This document shows positions 23,517 to 36,002 of a stretch of 64,000 nt of DNA, piece after piece. Positions within the stretch are counted from its first letter, which is position 1; each line of letters opens with the position of its first letter. Origin of the DNA: Rhodosorus marinus CCMP1338. Lineage: Eukaryota > Plantae > Rhodophyta. The notes under the pieces are model-generated. The model worked only from the letters and a program-made list of their open reading frames with translations. It had not been told where the DNA came from and searched no databases. The DNA is taken from positions 1,922,001 through 1,986,000 of the forward strand of contig JAMWBK010000003.1 of NCBI GenBank assembly GCA_029953675.1, in the 5' to 3' direction. The position numbers and the translations under genes are program-made.

Positions 23517-24215
23517 ACAACTCCTGCCCACAAACTGCCGACTGTCCACCTTCCCCCGAAACGTCGTCATAAAAGCGGCTCCTCATCGCCACAAAATTCC
23601 CATTTTCTCGTTCCGTTTTTCCAACCTCAAAAAACAAAAACAAAACAAGAAATATATACATGAAGTGTGTTTTTCATTTGTCGTAAACTTTTTAACAATA
23701 ACGACAAAAACGAAAAAAATCCATCCTTTTTTTGAGGGTTCCAAGATTATGTATAAAAGAAGAAATAGAAAAACATTTTAAAATATCCAAATAGTTATGT
23801 ATAATTGGTAAATCTTAGATCTACATATTCATGTTTTATGAATTAAAGAAAAAAATGGAGGAAAATAGTTGGGTGTGGTTGGTTAATCTATTGTTTAATT
23901 GTTTTAGTAACTTGCATGGGTCCGCTATGTGTTGGATTTGGTGGCTGATGTTTGGTGATTGGGCATGGTAGATGTAGAATCATTGGTTAAATGGAAATGG
24001 ATGTTGCAAAAGGGGGATTCAATTGGTTAAGGGAGAAGTTATTTGGATTAGTTTTATGTGGTTGGACAAATGGTGAGTATTGATTTGTGTATGGTTTATT
24101 GAATATTAAAACAAATACTGAATGTCGATTGTGGGGGGGAATCGGGGGGCTTTAACCGGATGCGGTGGAAGACGTATGGTCCTTATGGGACAAAGCCATT
24201 TCTCTCAATTACCTA

Positions 24216-24557
24216 GGTTCACATTCCGTTAGACCGAGAGTCGTTTCAAGATAAGAAAAGGTTGAAGGCAACTTGTGTTTATCAAATGTTCGCGGAAGAA
24301 TTTGTGGAGATTGCGAATTGACCCTTTCCGTCATGTGGTCGACACTCCAATCCCACGAATGATTGCGCTCCATCAAAGCGAGACGGGGTTCACATTCCGT
24401 TAGACCGAGAGTCGTTTCAAGATAAGAAAAGGTTAAAGGCAACTTGTGTTTATCAAATGTTCGCCGAAGAAGTTGTGGAGATTGCGAATTGACCCTTTCC
24501 GTCATGTGGTCGACACTCCAATCCCGCGAATGGTTTCGCTCCATCAAAGCGAGACGG
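24216..24557. repeat. Near-identical tandem duplication, 2 x 171 bp
   Basis: GGTTCACATTCCGTTAGACCG.. starts at 24216 and again at 24387. The minus-strand ORF 24209-24601 repeats a 57-aa unit. Confidence 0.92.
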
Positions 24558-25021
24558 GGAAGATTGTTCTTACAATTCTTCAACAGCACTTGGTTGGGCA
24601 CGTAAAACTATTCTTATTGGGACTGTTACAAGTCCGAAAGGCAATGGCTCTTAGTCAGGCGTAGTCCAAGCAAGCCACGTGTAGCTGTTCAGGATGCCGC
24701 TCCCACTGGTTTATCTTTGCTTCGTCCTTCGCCGCAGTCGGAGAGGGGTTCGAACTGAGGTGCTCTCATGAACCCAACTACGTTTTGCTATGGAACCGGA
24801 TTCTACGGAAAGAAGTGGCTTCTGAGTGATTCGGCCGTGCGAGGATGCTAAAACTCAGATCTTCAACTACCCAGTGCTACAAAAATATTGTTCCTTGATT
24901 TAGGTCCTACGCTGTGTCTGTCCAGTTGAGGGTTAGCCCTCCATACTCCAAACCATATGTTTCTATTTGCAAACCAGATCGTCGGAATTTCTGGCCCCAG
25001 TGTGCACTCGATACCTACACT

Positions 25022-28000
25022 CTACATCCGCCTTTCCGCAAACGAGCTGCTGCCAAAGGATGGGGAAGTCGAGAAGCTGTTGTTGTTCGTCGAGCCAAAC
25101 CCACTCTGCTGTTGTGAACCACCACCAAACCCACTGGGCTGTTGAGGATTGCTTCCGAATCCTGTCTGCTGGGAGTTTGTGCCAAACCCAGAAGTTGATT
25201 GCGCTTGACTTGCCAGCGCGGCAAATCCGCCGCCCCCACCACCCCCAGAAGAGCCAAATCCTCCACCTCCAAACCCGGACGTAGCTGTAGGTGTCTGAAA
25301 GGCAGAGCCTGAACTCGCTTGTCCACCTCCGAATCCAATCGATGCCGGTTGACCAAATCCGCCAGCACCGAAGGGGGAAACCGAGGCTCCTAAAGATGAC
25401 TGCTGGCCAAACTGAAACGGCGCAGGCAAAAAAAAAAGCGGAAACAAAAATTAGAAAATGAAATCAGAAGCGGAGCTGTTTGGTTCAAGCACCGGTTTTA
25501 GTCTGTTCCCACTCACCGCTGTGGACTGTGCAGCAGCAGGAGATCCAAAGCCACCCTGTGGAGGCTTGGAAAGTGCCACACAAAGTAATAAACAGCCTGG
25601 GTTGAGTTGCTTGTGCTTCAACAACCAATATCGTTTGAAAGCTGGTGTTGGATTAATGTACCTGTCCTCCGAAAGCGGAAGCCTGGGGTGAAGTCTGGTT
25701 GCCGAATCCTCCGGTCGAACTACCGAACCCTGTAGAGCCGAAGCCTATCGTACTTGTTCCAAATCCAGCTGCAGGCTGTGAAGGGCTGCTCCCGAAAATT
25801 CCACTTCCAGTTTGCGCTGATTGAGTCACCGTACCGAAAGGAGATGGCTTACCAAAGGCGGTACTAGATGACTGCCCAAATCCTCCCACGTTTTCGGTCT
25901 GCGGCGACGAACCAAAAGGAGTCTTCGCCTCCGTCGGCTCCTGGAAAGAAGATGACCCAAAACCAAACGATCTACCAGCATCAGGCTTGGAGTCACCGAG
26001 ACTCAAAGATGTGCCCATCGACCCCATTCCGAATGCGGACGACGATTGTCCAGAAGAAGCTTCCGCTACCGTGGCACTAGCAAATGGCTGCCCTTGAGCT
26101 GGCTTGGATCCGAACGGCTCACTGCTTTCTTCGGTAGTTGTAGAAGAACCAAACAAAGACTTGGTCGGAGCAGGAGCAGTGAACTTGATCACTGATGGCG
26201 AGGAACTCGATTGACCACCTCCGGCAGCCAAAGAACCGAAAGGTGAGGTACTTACAGTATCCGCTGTACTCGGCAGCGCCGGACTGGAATCTGACGCCTG
26301 CGAGAAGAGGCTATTTGCGGTCTGCTGTAGAGATGCCGACGGTGTTGCCTGACCACCAAAGGTACTTGTACCAAAGGATTGGTTGTTCTCCGCTGCCTGC
26401 TTAGATAAAACCATCACGCGAGAGAGCAGATCAGAACGAGCCAAGGCCGGCTTTCGATATCGAAAGAACAATCTCTAAAGAGTGAACACCATACCGTGAT
26501 TCCTCCCTGGCCGGGGGAAGCTGATGCGAAGAGAGTGGCTTTTGGCTGCTCAGTAGCACCACTCGCCCCGCTCGTGCCAAACAAATTCGGCTTCGACGAT
26601 TCACTCGTACTTCCCGATGGAAACAAAGCCTGAGATCCGGAACTGACTGTTTGAGGCTCTTTCGGCACTCCGAATAGTGGAGTAGAAGCTTGATTTTCCC
26701 TCCCTGTTCCGAAGAGTGTTGAGGTAGGCTGTGGCTGGTCCCTCTCCGATCCAAATGGAGGTAGCGAAGCCTTTGGTTTGTCCTTCACAGACTCCATGGG
26801 GGGTAGCGCAGCCGTTGGCTTGTCCTTTTCAGATCCCAACGGCGGTAGTGACGCTTTGGGCTTGTCTTTTTCGGATCCAAGAGGTGGGAGAGACCCTTTA
26901 GACTTGTCAGCGACTGATCCGTTGGACGTCATTGATGCTTTCGGGGTGTCCTTCTCAGAACCCAAAGGCGGAAGAGAAGCCTTCGGGATCTCCTTCTCAG
27001 AGCCCAAAGGTGGAAGAGAGGCCTTCGGGGTCTCCCTTTCAGAACCTATCTGCGGCAACGATGCCTTCGGGGCGTCCTTCTCAGATCCAAATGGTGGCAG
27101 CGAAGCCTTCCGGGCGTCCTTCTCAGAACCCATTGGCGGCATTGACGCCTTCGGTTTGTCCTTTTCAGATCCCATCGGCCGCAGAGATGCCTTTGGCCTG
27201 TCCTTCTCAGATCCCAGCGGCGGCAGAGACCCTCTCATCTGGACACCAGAAGAAATTCCAGCAGAAGAGGAGGTTGACTTCGGACCTAGCAAATCACCGT
27301 CCCTCGCGGAAACCTCAGTTTCTTTCGAAGACTTCTTTCCGAGAGTGTCCAGGCTCGCCGAGAGCGAAAAGTTGGCTTTCTCCGGTCCATCGCTGGCAGT
27401 GGACGGAAAAGACCATTTCTTCGTCGTCTGAGCGCTGCTTGTGGAGCTCTCCCCAAAAGACCCCGCAGCACCGAAATTCCACTTTGCAGCAGAAGCCTCA
27501 CCCTTCGATTCATCCACAGCTTGAGCAACGGGTTTCGGAAGGCCCCACAATCCCTTCGTATTCTGTTTGGATTCCAGATCATTTCCCTTTGAGTACGCGC
27601 TGACGTCCGTTGTTGGATCTGGGAAGCTCCACTTTGGCTGCATCGGGTCCTCCTCAAGAGGCTTCGAATCCTTTTCTTTGGCAGGTTTCCCAAAAGCCAC
27701 GTTTGGATTTGCGAAGCTCCATTCAGGCTTCGTCTCAGCCTTTTCCTCTTCAACTGCATCTTGGTTCGAACTCTGTGTCTCGCTTGTAGTTCCGAAGGAC
27801 GCAGGCACAAAAGCAGCTCCATCTGCGCCTGGTTTCTTGGATGTCTCTTCCGGAGGCACGTACGGGCGAGCTCCAAAGACCGACCCCGTATTAGCTGCAC
27901 TCGCTGCTGCCTTTGGATTTCCTCGGGCAAAGCCACCCATTGCCGCATCCGGCCTAACTACACGCACGTTTCCAAACGGAAACATACCCCCCATTCCTCC

Positions 28001-31000
28001 CATCATCGACATCAACTGAATTGGATCCATTCCAATTGGGAGGCCGCCACCTTTCCTCGGATCCGGAATGTTAAGCTCCTCGATTTCTTCTTCGTCGTCA
28101 TCAACAGCAGCGTCCTCTGCCACCTCTTCCACCTCTTCGAGCACTTCGCCACCCACCACCACTTCTGCCGCAGCTGATTGTCGTTTTGGAATTTGGAACT
28201 GCGACCGAAGATAATCCGACTCACCACCAAAACGAACAGAGCTATTGACAGGTTGTGTTCTAGGTGGCTCCTTTTTTAGTGGCTCGTCATTCGAGATTTC
28301 CCTTTGAGACTTCCTAAGCAGATCAGGTTCCAAGGCGGTCTCTTCAGTCGGGAGGTTCCCAGTCATCGTTATACTCTCACGACCGCAACGCATTCCCGCA
28401 GAGCTCAGCGCTTGACGGAATTCCTCAGAAAACTGGATACTGCTTCCATGATCGAGGGAAACATCCGCTTTTGTTAGTCCTGGTTTTCTGTCCGATTCCA
28501 CGTATCTCCCGTTCTGCAGAGAAATCTTGCTTAGCCCGAACTTGTCCGCGAGGATATTTACAGATTCGTCCTCAACGGCCTACAGGACGAACAACACAGT
28601 AGATGATGCGAGTTGTTTAATCACTTCGGACCGTAGTATTTCTCTACTCCAACCGAAAGGGTCGCCCTTACTCACCTCAATTTGCGCACTAACCTGTTCG
28701 GTGAGCGAGCTCTGCAGAGCTTCTATAGCTCTTAACCTAAGTCCGTGAAGGCTTAGCGTCGAAAACATCATTTGGAGTCTCCTAGCTGAGTCCCACCCAT
28801 TAGACTCTGAGCTCCTCTCAAGCTTTTCAATTCTCAGGCGCTCGAAGAGGTCATCAACACCCGCCATGCTGTGGCGAACATCTTTGTCCAGCTCCCTCAG
28901 GTTTGCATCGAGCTTCGAAGCCTCGTCGCTGAGAGGTCGATTTGCACCATCTCCATCCAGGGAAGTGAGCCAGAATTTTCCCTCTTCTAATTTCCTGTCT
29001 ACGTCCACTAGACCTCCAATGGCTTCCTTGAGTCCATTCCGTTCCTTGAGTTCCGCAATGCTAAGATTCCTGTACGCATCCTGCAGTCTTTGTGTGCATT
29101 CCTTCGTAGCCTTGAGGTCTGGTCTCGAATCAGCTACCGCAGCCGCAAGCACTTCATTGCTGTCGCTTACGAGTTTCTCCATGGCCTTGAGGTCCTCTTC
29201 CACCTCTGCGATCATCTTCATCATCAAGCCAATTTCCCCCCCAGCATCCTTGTATTGATGCGCCTGATCGTTCCGAAAAGCTTGGTCGACCGTGAACTGA
29301 GGCTTTCGATCATTTGCAAACGGCGGCAATTCACTTTTGACCTTTGGCTTCTGCTGACGCCCTTGATCGTTGCCAACTGGACTGATCTCGAAGAGTCCAT
29401 TGCCGGTGGGGATCTTCTCCGCGGCAACGGAAGAGAACGTTGAGCTTTTCACCGTGGTTGCCTGCTGAGCAACACCCGTCCCTTTCCGAAAGATCCCACT
29501 CTGGGTAGGGACTTTTTCAGCAGAAATGGACGTGATGCCGCCACTCTTCGCTGTCGGCATCTTCTGGGTGATACCGCTCGCTCCTCCCAGGTCGAAACCA
29601 GCTGGACTTGTCTGAAAGAGCCCAAACTGAGGAGGTGGTCCTCCTCCTTCGGCAGGACTGGACATAAAACTTTGCGAAAATTGTTCGTTCTTCCCTGCCC
29701 TTGACGTTGGTGTGGTTGATGATCTTGAACCCTCCGCCGAAGTAGGCTGGAGCTTGAACGACTTCGGAGATCCGGGAGAAAATGCCTGCTTCAACCTGTT
29801 CGCAGGGTCGGGGAAAAAAGCGGTCAAACACAAAAAAAAAACATATACCTTAGATATGCTGTCAACAATCCCCCGTTGCTGAAGATCGGCTTCTTACGCT
29901 GGAGACAAGTCGGAACCCAGTGTAAACGAAAACGAGCCTTCTTGCCCAGGAGTTGATTTCTTGCTGTTTCCGCTCACTGAGGCGTCCCGGGATGTTGTTC
30001 CATCGGTTCCTATATCATCCTCACTGGGTAGATGATACCATTACATCAGATCTCTTCCCACACAGTCTCCCCCGCAGAACACGGGCTATGAAGGGATACA
30101 CTTACTCTGAGCTTTCGGCTTCTGGCTCTGTCCTTCCTAGATCAAAGCGAACGCCCCCCGATGCACCTTTCGGAGCGGAAGCCTTTGTTTCGGTGCTTGG
30201 AGGTCCAAATGACAAGCCGGTTGGTGTGCTGCCGAAAACTTGAAGTCCTTTCGGACCAGCAGCTGGCGATCCGGCTTCCTGTGCTCCAAAGTTGAACATC
30301 CTGCTCTGACTTTCTTCGAGCTCTTGCTCAAACGGGCCAGGTTTGCTTGGAACCTAATAAGGAGAAGGCCGTCACATATTAGAGCTCTTCCGCAGGAACG
30401 TTTTAACTTTTTTCTCCGTTCTAAGCAGTCTTTTCACCAACCTTCGGGGGCTCCTCTCCTAGGCTTTGTATAGGTTTTTGGAGTAGGGGAGCGGGCCCAC
30501 TTTCTCTTATCACATCGCAGCTTGCTCCCTCTCTGTCGTCGGCGAGCACAAATTTTATCGCCAAGCCCTCGTTGTTCAATACGTACACCCTGGGCATTGC
30601 GTTGATATCGTCCTCAGACGTATCCTTCGAAGGCACCGTCGATGTATTGGCCATATCAAGTGCTATCCCGATAGGGAAGGTGTCCTCGTCATCTCCATTC
30701 ATGGGGAGAGTGGCTGTCGCGTCGTCGTTCAGTTTATAGTTGACCCAATGCCTGTAACATCCCAAGGTAGCCTTTCAGCTTAGCATTACGTTCTGATCGG
30801 TCGACAAGTAGGAATGAATCCCCTGGCTCACCTTCTCTCTGAATCTAGCACGACCAGCTCAATCTCACTACTGACAGAAGTTGCAATCGCGAAAACATTC
30901 CATGCCGGCACCTTCGACACAAAAACATCCGGCGATCCACCCTCCTCATCCGTAGGGTCTCCGATCCCGAAGCAGAGTTCCCCAAGAACAGTCGAAACCA

Positions 31001-32266
31001 CTTCCCCGCTCTGGAAAAGTAGGAATGCTTTGACTGTAAAAACGAAACTATCGTTTATGAGCGGGACCAGAGTCTAAGCTTACCCCTTCAAGTTCATAGA
31101 CAATATGGTTCAAGTCCATGTCTCTTCCGTACGAGGCTAGTACCGAGTTCTCTCCGATCTCATTGATTGCTAGCACTGACCACTCTGACTCGATACTGGG
31201 GATCGAGGTAATAGATTTTCCCTTAAATACATCAACAATTTTGATCTCACCAGAGCTTGTCCCAATGCAAGCGACAGTTCCACGCCTCGTAACCGCCATG
31301 GAAGTCGCTGCGTCATTTCCGGGCTCATACAGCATGCTCTGCTGAAAGCAGAAAAAGAGCAACCCTTCACTGGCTGCTAAAAAACTCGGAAGATGAGGAT
31401 CTGTCTTACCTCGGTCTCCATCGATGGCAAACTGAGTCTCCTTACATCTCCCGAGCTAGAAAGCGCTATAATATCATAGCTGTCATCATCCTTTTCGCAC
31501 ATTTCAACCATTCTAAATCCTTGGGATGCATCAAGCGAGCTCCTGTACAGTGGTTTAACTTCGGAACCCACATCGGTGATTCCTATTAAAAGCGTTGAAA
31601 TGTCATAAAGTGTGATCTCGTCGGCCTCTGGAAGTTTCGCCCCAATCTGAGAACTACTCAGGACTAGTAGAGTCCTTTCATCTGATGAGAGCTTCAAGAA
31701 ACAGGGCTGTCCGGACATCGGCAGCCTCCGAATAGTACCGGTTGGAGGTTTTGGGAGCGGGTTCTGCTTGCGCAAGAACGTCAAATGAGATGTAGTTTAA
31801 GAAATTTGTGGTATACTTTGAGTCAGTTCAAGCAACCCTGTGAAGGGGTTACGACATGACTAAATGCACCAAGGTCGAGGTTGCAACCCTGGTCTAAGGC
31901 TTCAGACAGGGACACAATTGGATGCTGAGAACGAACCTCCCGAATCGCTGAAGCTGATCTGTACCTTAAACTTTCCTCACGAAAACCTGAGAGGAGCATA
32001 CAGCAGAGTTCCATCCTACCGCCTGCTGCAACCAGCCCATACTTGCTGCTAACTTCCAATAACCTACGAGAGGATTCATATTGGGGCGGGGGCATCCCTT
32101 TCATAAGCTATCCGTCTCCCGAACAAGCAGACCGTCACCCTTGATCTTACCTCTTCGGCCGAAACGTGTTATCTGCCGGTCTAATATCAACCAAGCGAAG
32201 CCGACCATCCGGAACAAACCGGTAAAAGTCGACATCCCGTGGCTCCTCCACTTTCAAATCTTCCAT
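25022..32266 (-). CDS. NUP214: Nup214/Nup159-like FG nucleoporin, multi-exon
   Basis: Start MEDLKVEEPRDVDFYRF at 32266. N-terminal beta-propeller with LLEVSSKYGLVAAGG (Nup159/214-type motif); central coiled coil (EIGLMMKMIAEVEEDLKAMEKL..); C-terminal FG repeats (SPFG, GFGS, PSFG) ending at 25022. Internal exon boundaries approximate. Confidence 0.82.
26733..27236 (-). repeat. Coding tandem array of 12 x 42 bp (14 aa, consensus KASLPPLGSEKDxP) inside the nucleoporin
   Basis: Read directly from ORF 26414-28501. Confidence 0.9.
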
Positions 32267-32512
32267 CCTTCGTCGAACAGATCCTCACTTTTCGTTCCCC
32301 GGAGAGTTGTCGATCCTCACAGTCCTAGAAACCGTCTATGTTACACATGTACAACTTCGTTTCATCTTCGAAATCAAAGAAACAAAAAGACACAGAAGAA
32401 ACGCTCCCGTTCTTCGCAGCATCTCTTCCGGTCCGCCTTCCTCCCCGACCAAAATACCCCGCACCACCTTTCATGGAGATACGCCAAGCATACCTGATTC
32501 CTATACATTATA

Positions 32513-32638
32513 AGAATCCGATCAATATAGATAGAACTATGAAGCTTTTCGGTACGCATAATCTGTATTGGAATCTGACAGATTCCAATACAGATTATCA
32601 GATTGTATTGAATTCCTATAATATCGTATCGGATTCTG
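32513..32638. repeat. Perfect 41-bp palindrome nested inside a 10-bp inverted repeat
   Basis: ATAATCTGTATTGGAATCTG-A-CAGATTCCAATACAGATTAT (32558-32598), flanked by AGAATCCGAT (32513-32522) and ATCGGATTCT (32629-32638). Confidence 0.9.
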
Positions 32639-33166
32639 GTAAATAGGTGTTGGCCAGTTTACCGTTTCTGTTGGAGAGCTGTTTGTCTGAAGACTTCTAC
32701 TAGAGGTCGTGGAGGATCTTGTGATGGGTTGATTGATTCCTACGGATTCAGTCGGTTCGCGGTAAATGAGAGATATGGAGGAATCCCGCTGGAAAGCATT
32801 GGGAACTAGTTTTGTATTTCTCCTTGATGCGCTGCTGCACGAATGGGTGCCCCTGCTCAGTATTTATTCGTTTTTGTCGTGTGCCTTATCATCAAGTAAG
32901 CGGAGCCGATCGGACTTGTGCCAGAACTGGGCTTCTTCAGAGCCTGTGCTTCATACACAGCAACCGTTTCTAACCAGATTCCTTGCCTAACAAGCTCAGG
33001 AATCATATGCTTTAAAATAGATCAGAGGAATTCAACGCAGATGCCGCGAGGTCTTAGGTTGCCTAATCCGACTGGTACGATTACGCGCAAAATCAAGCAG
33101 AAGAACAAAAACATCCGTTGATGGAGATGTAAGTTTCGGGGTTCCATGGTATCGCCCAATGGGCGA

Positions 33167-36002
33167 TTACATGCCTCGGTCAGATTTGATCTTGTTGAGA
33201 GCTGATCCGGCCTTGAACCACGCGATCTGGTCGTCATTGAAGGTGTGATTTACGGTTACATCGAGCTCCTCTCCGGTCGGTTTCTTGACCTTCATCGTCA
33301 AGGGAACTCCTGGCGTGAATGTCGTAAGTCCGACAATCGAGACCTTGTCCTCAGGGTTGATCAAGTCGTAGTCACTTGGATTAGCAAACGTCAGGGGCAG
33401 CATTCCCTGCTTTTTCAGGTTCGTCTCGTGGATTCTGGCGAAAGACTTGACAATAACAGCGACGCCTCCGAGGTATCTATTGTATATAGAGCAGCTCAGA
33501 TTTCCCGAGTAAAAGTAGATTGTGGACTCACTCGCAAATGCCTTACCTGGGCTCCAAAGCAGCGTGCTCTCGGCTCGAACCCTCTCCGTAGTTTTCATCC
33601 CCAAGAACAATCCATCTGATGCCCTTCGCCTTGTAGTCCCGCGCGGTGTCAGGAACTGCACCAAATACTCCGGTGGTCTGGTTTTTAACCTCATTAGCCT
33701 TGTCGTTCTCGGCGTTGATCGCACCAATCAGCATGTTGTTGGAAATGTTCTCAAGGTGTCCTCGGTACTTCAGCCATGGACCTGCCATCGAGATGTGGTC
33801 GGTGGTGCACTTGCCCTTCGCCTTCAAGAGAATGGTCAAGTCGTCATAGTCCTTCCCATCCCATGGTTTGAAAGGAGCCAGGAGCTGCAGCCGGTTTGAG
33901 TCTGGGGCCACAGCAACCGTGATGGAATCCGGATCGTCCGCTGGCTTCTGATAAGTGTCCATACCAGGGTCAAAGCCTCGGTTCGGAAGCTCCTCACCCG
34001 TTGGCGCCGACAGTTTGAAATCAGAACCGTCCGTTCCCTAAGAACAACAAAATATGGAACGTCTAAGTAAGACGCAGTAGATCTTCCCAAACGGGAATTC
34101 TTATAAAGTGCATCGGATACCTTCAGGGTGTCGACATTCGGGTTGAAAGTTATGGATCCTGCGATGCTCATCGCTGTGACTATATCCGGTGATGCGACAA
34201 ATGCATGTGTAGCTGGATTGCCATCGTTCCGCGAAGTGAAGTTACGATTGAAAGAGGTGATAATCGAGTTCTTCGTTCCCTTTGGCACATCATCACGCCT
34301 CCACTGTCCGATGCATGGTCCACATGCATTTGCGAGTACCGTACCACCGGCTTTTTCGAAAGTATCGATTATTCCGTCCCTGGCAATAGTTGCCCGTACT
34401 TGTTCAGACCCAGGTGTGATGTTGAACAAAGACTTCACCTTCAGTCCGTGTGACTGTGCCTCTCGCACGATGGAAGCTGCTCTGCTCATGTCCTCGTACG
34501 ACGAGTTGGTACACGAACCAATGAGCCCAACGGTCAATTCCTCCGGCCACTCATTCTTCTTAACGGCTTCGGCAAACTCGGAGAGCGGGTGCGCAAGATC
34601 AGGAGTAAAAGGCCCGTTGATGTGCGGCTCGAGTTCGCTAAGGTTAATCTCAATTATTTGATCGTAGACTGCATTCTCGTCCGCTTTCAAGTGTTCCTGA
34701 GTAAGAGAAAGCAAACAGGATTAGTTTTTGAAGCTCCTTTTTCCGCACACTTTCTTCTCCAGTTTGCAGTTCTACCTTGAAGGTGTCGGCAACGTTTGCG
34801 AGACTTTCCCTCTCCGTTGCTTTGAGATAGTCCGCCATGCGAGCGTTGTACGGGAAAATAGAGGTCGTGGCTCCAATCTCAGCACCCATGTTACAGATCG
34901 TGGCCATACCTATGTTGAAAACAAAAGAAACAACCCCAGAGGATCAGCGAATTTGCTCCGATCCGTAGTCATGAGCACGGGCTTAATCCGAAGAGCAGGC
35001 TCTCCTGTCTTACCGGTGCAGCTCATAGAATCAACCCCATCGCCGAAGTACTCTACAATCGCTCCAGTTCCTCCCTTTACGGTCAGAATTCCGGCAACCT
35101 TTAGAATGACATCCTTCGGACTCGCCCAGTTGCTCAACTTTCCAGTCAATTTTACGCCGATAATCTTCGGCGCCTTGATTTCCCAAGGCAAGCCGGCCAT
35201 GACGTCTACGGCGTCGGCACCGCCTACTCCCACAGCGACAATGCCAAGCCCTCCAGCATTCACAGTGTGAGAGTCGGTTCCGATCATCAGGCCGCCGGGG
35301 AACGCATAGTTCTCCAGGACGATCTGATGAATAATGCCGCTTCCGGGCTTCCAGAACCCTATCCCATATTTCTTTCCAGCACTCGCGAGAAAGTTGAAGA
35401 CCTCTTCATTCTCTTCATTGGCAACTTCGAGATCTTCAGCGGCACCGAACTGTGCAGCAATGAGATGGTCGCAGTGTATTGTGGATGGCACTGCCGTCTT
35501 TGGTAGCCCCGCAGAAATGAATTGTAGCACCGCCATCTGAGCTGTAGCATCCTGCATCGTGGACAAAATAAGTGGGTTTTGATAAGACAAAGGAAGACTG
35601 GAATCCGTTACCTAACCATAGGGAACCTACCTGCATAGCCACACGGTCCGGTTGGACCTTCAGATAGGTCTGTCCTCTCGTGACCTTCGTTGTTGGATCA
35701 ATCAGATGTCCATAGACGACTTTCTCCGCCAACGTCAAAGGCCTGTTAAGTGTCTTCCGGACAACATCGAGATTCTTCGCCGTATTCGCGTAGCTGTCTT
35801 CCACGTAGACCCCGGTGTCAAAGTTACTCAACGGCGTCTTCGTTTCCGCGGACCACGCTAGGCCTCTTCTCGAGCTCGCGCGAAGCACCCGCTGTCGGTC
35901 ACCACTGCTCGTCCATCCTGCCAAGCTCCGCCCAACACCACAATCAGATAGAACGCCCCCCGAGCGCCTCACCACTCCAGCAAAACACAATCTAGACTCC
36001 AT
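33167..36002 (-). CDS. ACO2: Mitochondrial aconitate hydratase (animal/fungal ACO2 type), multi-exon
   Basis: [126 protein letters not shown]. Confidence 0.97.

Noticed and set aside
24216-24557. Alpha-satellite (171 bp) or selenoprotein (in-frame TGA in both + strand copies)
   Set aside because: The length match is coincidental and only two copies exist. The shared TGA follows trivially from a recent duplication, and I found no SECIS.
20805-34661. Long antisense ORFs such as 20805-21224, 26778-27431, 26932-27603 and 34128-34661
   Set aside because: Shadow frames of well-supported genes on the opposite strand, or products of repeat periodicity.
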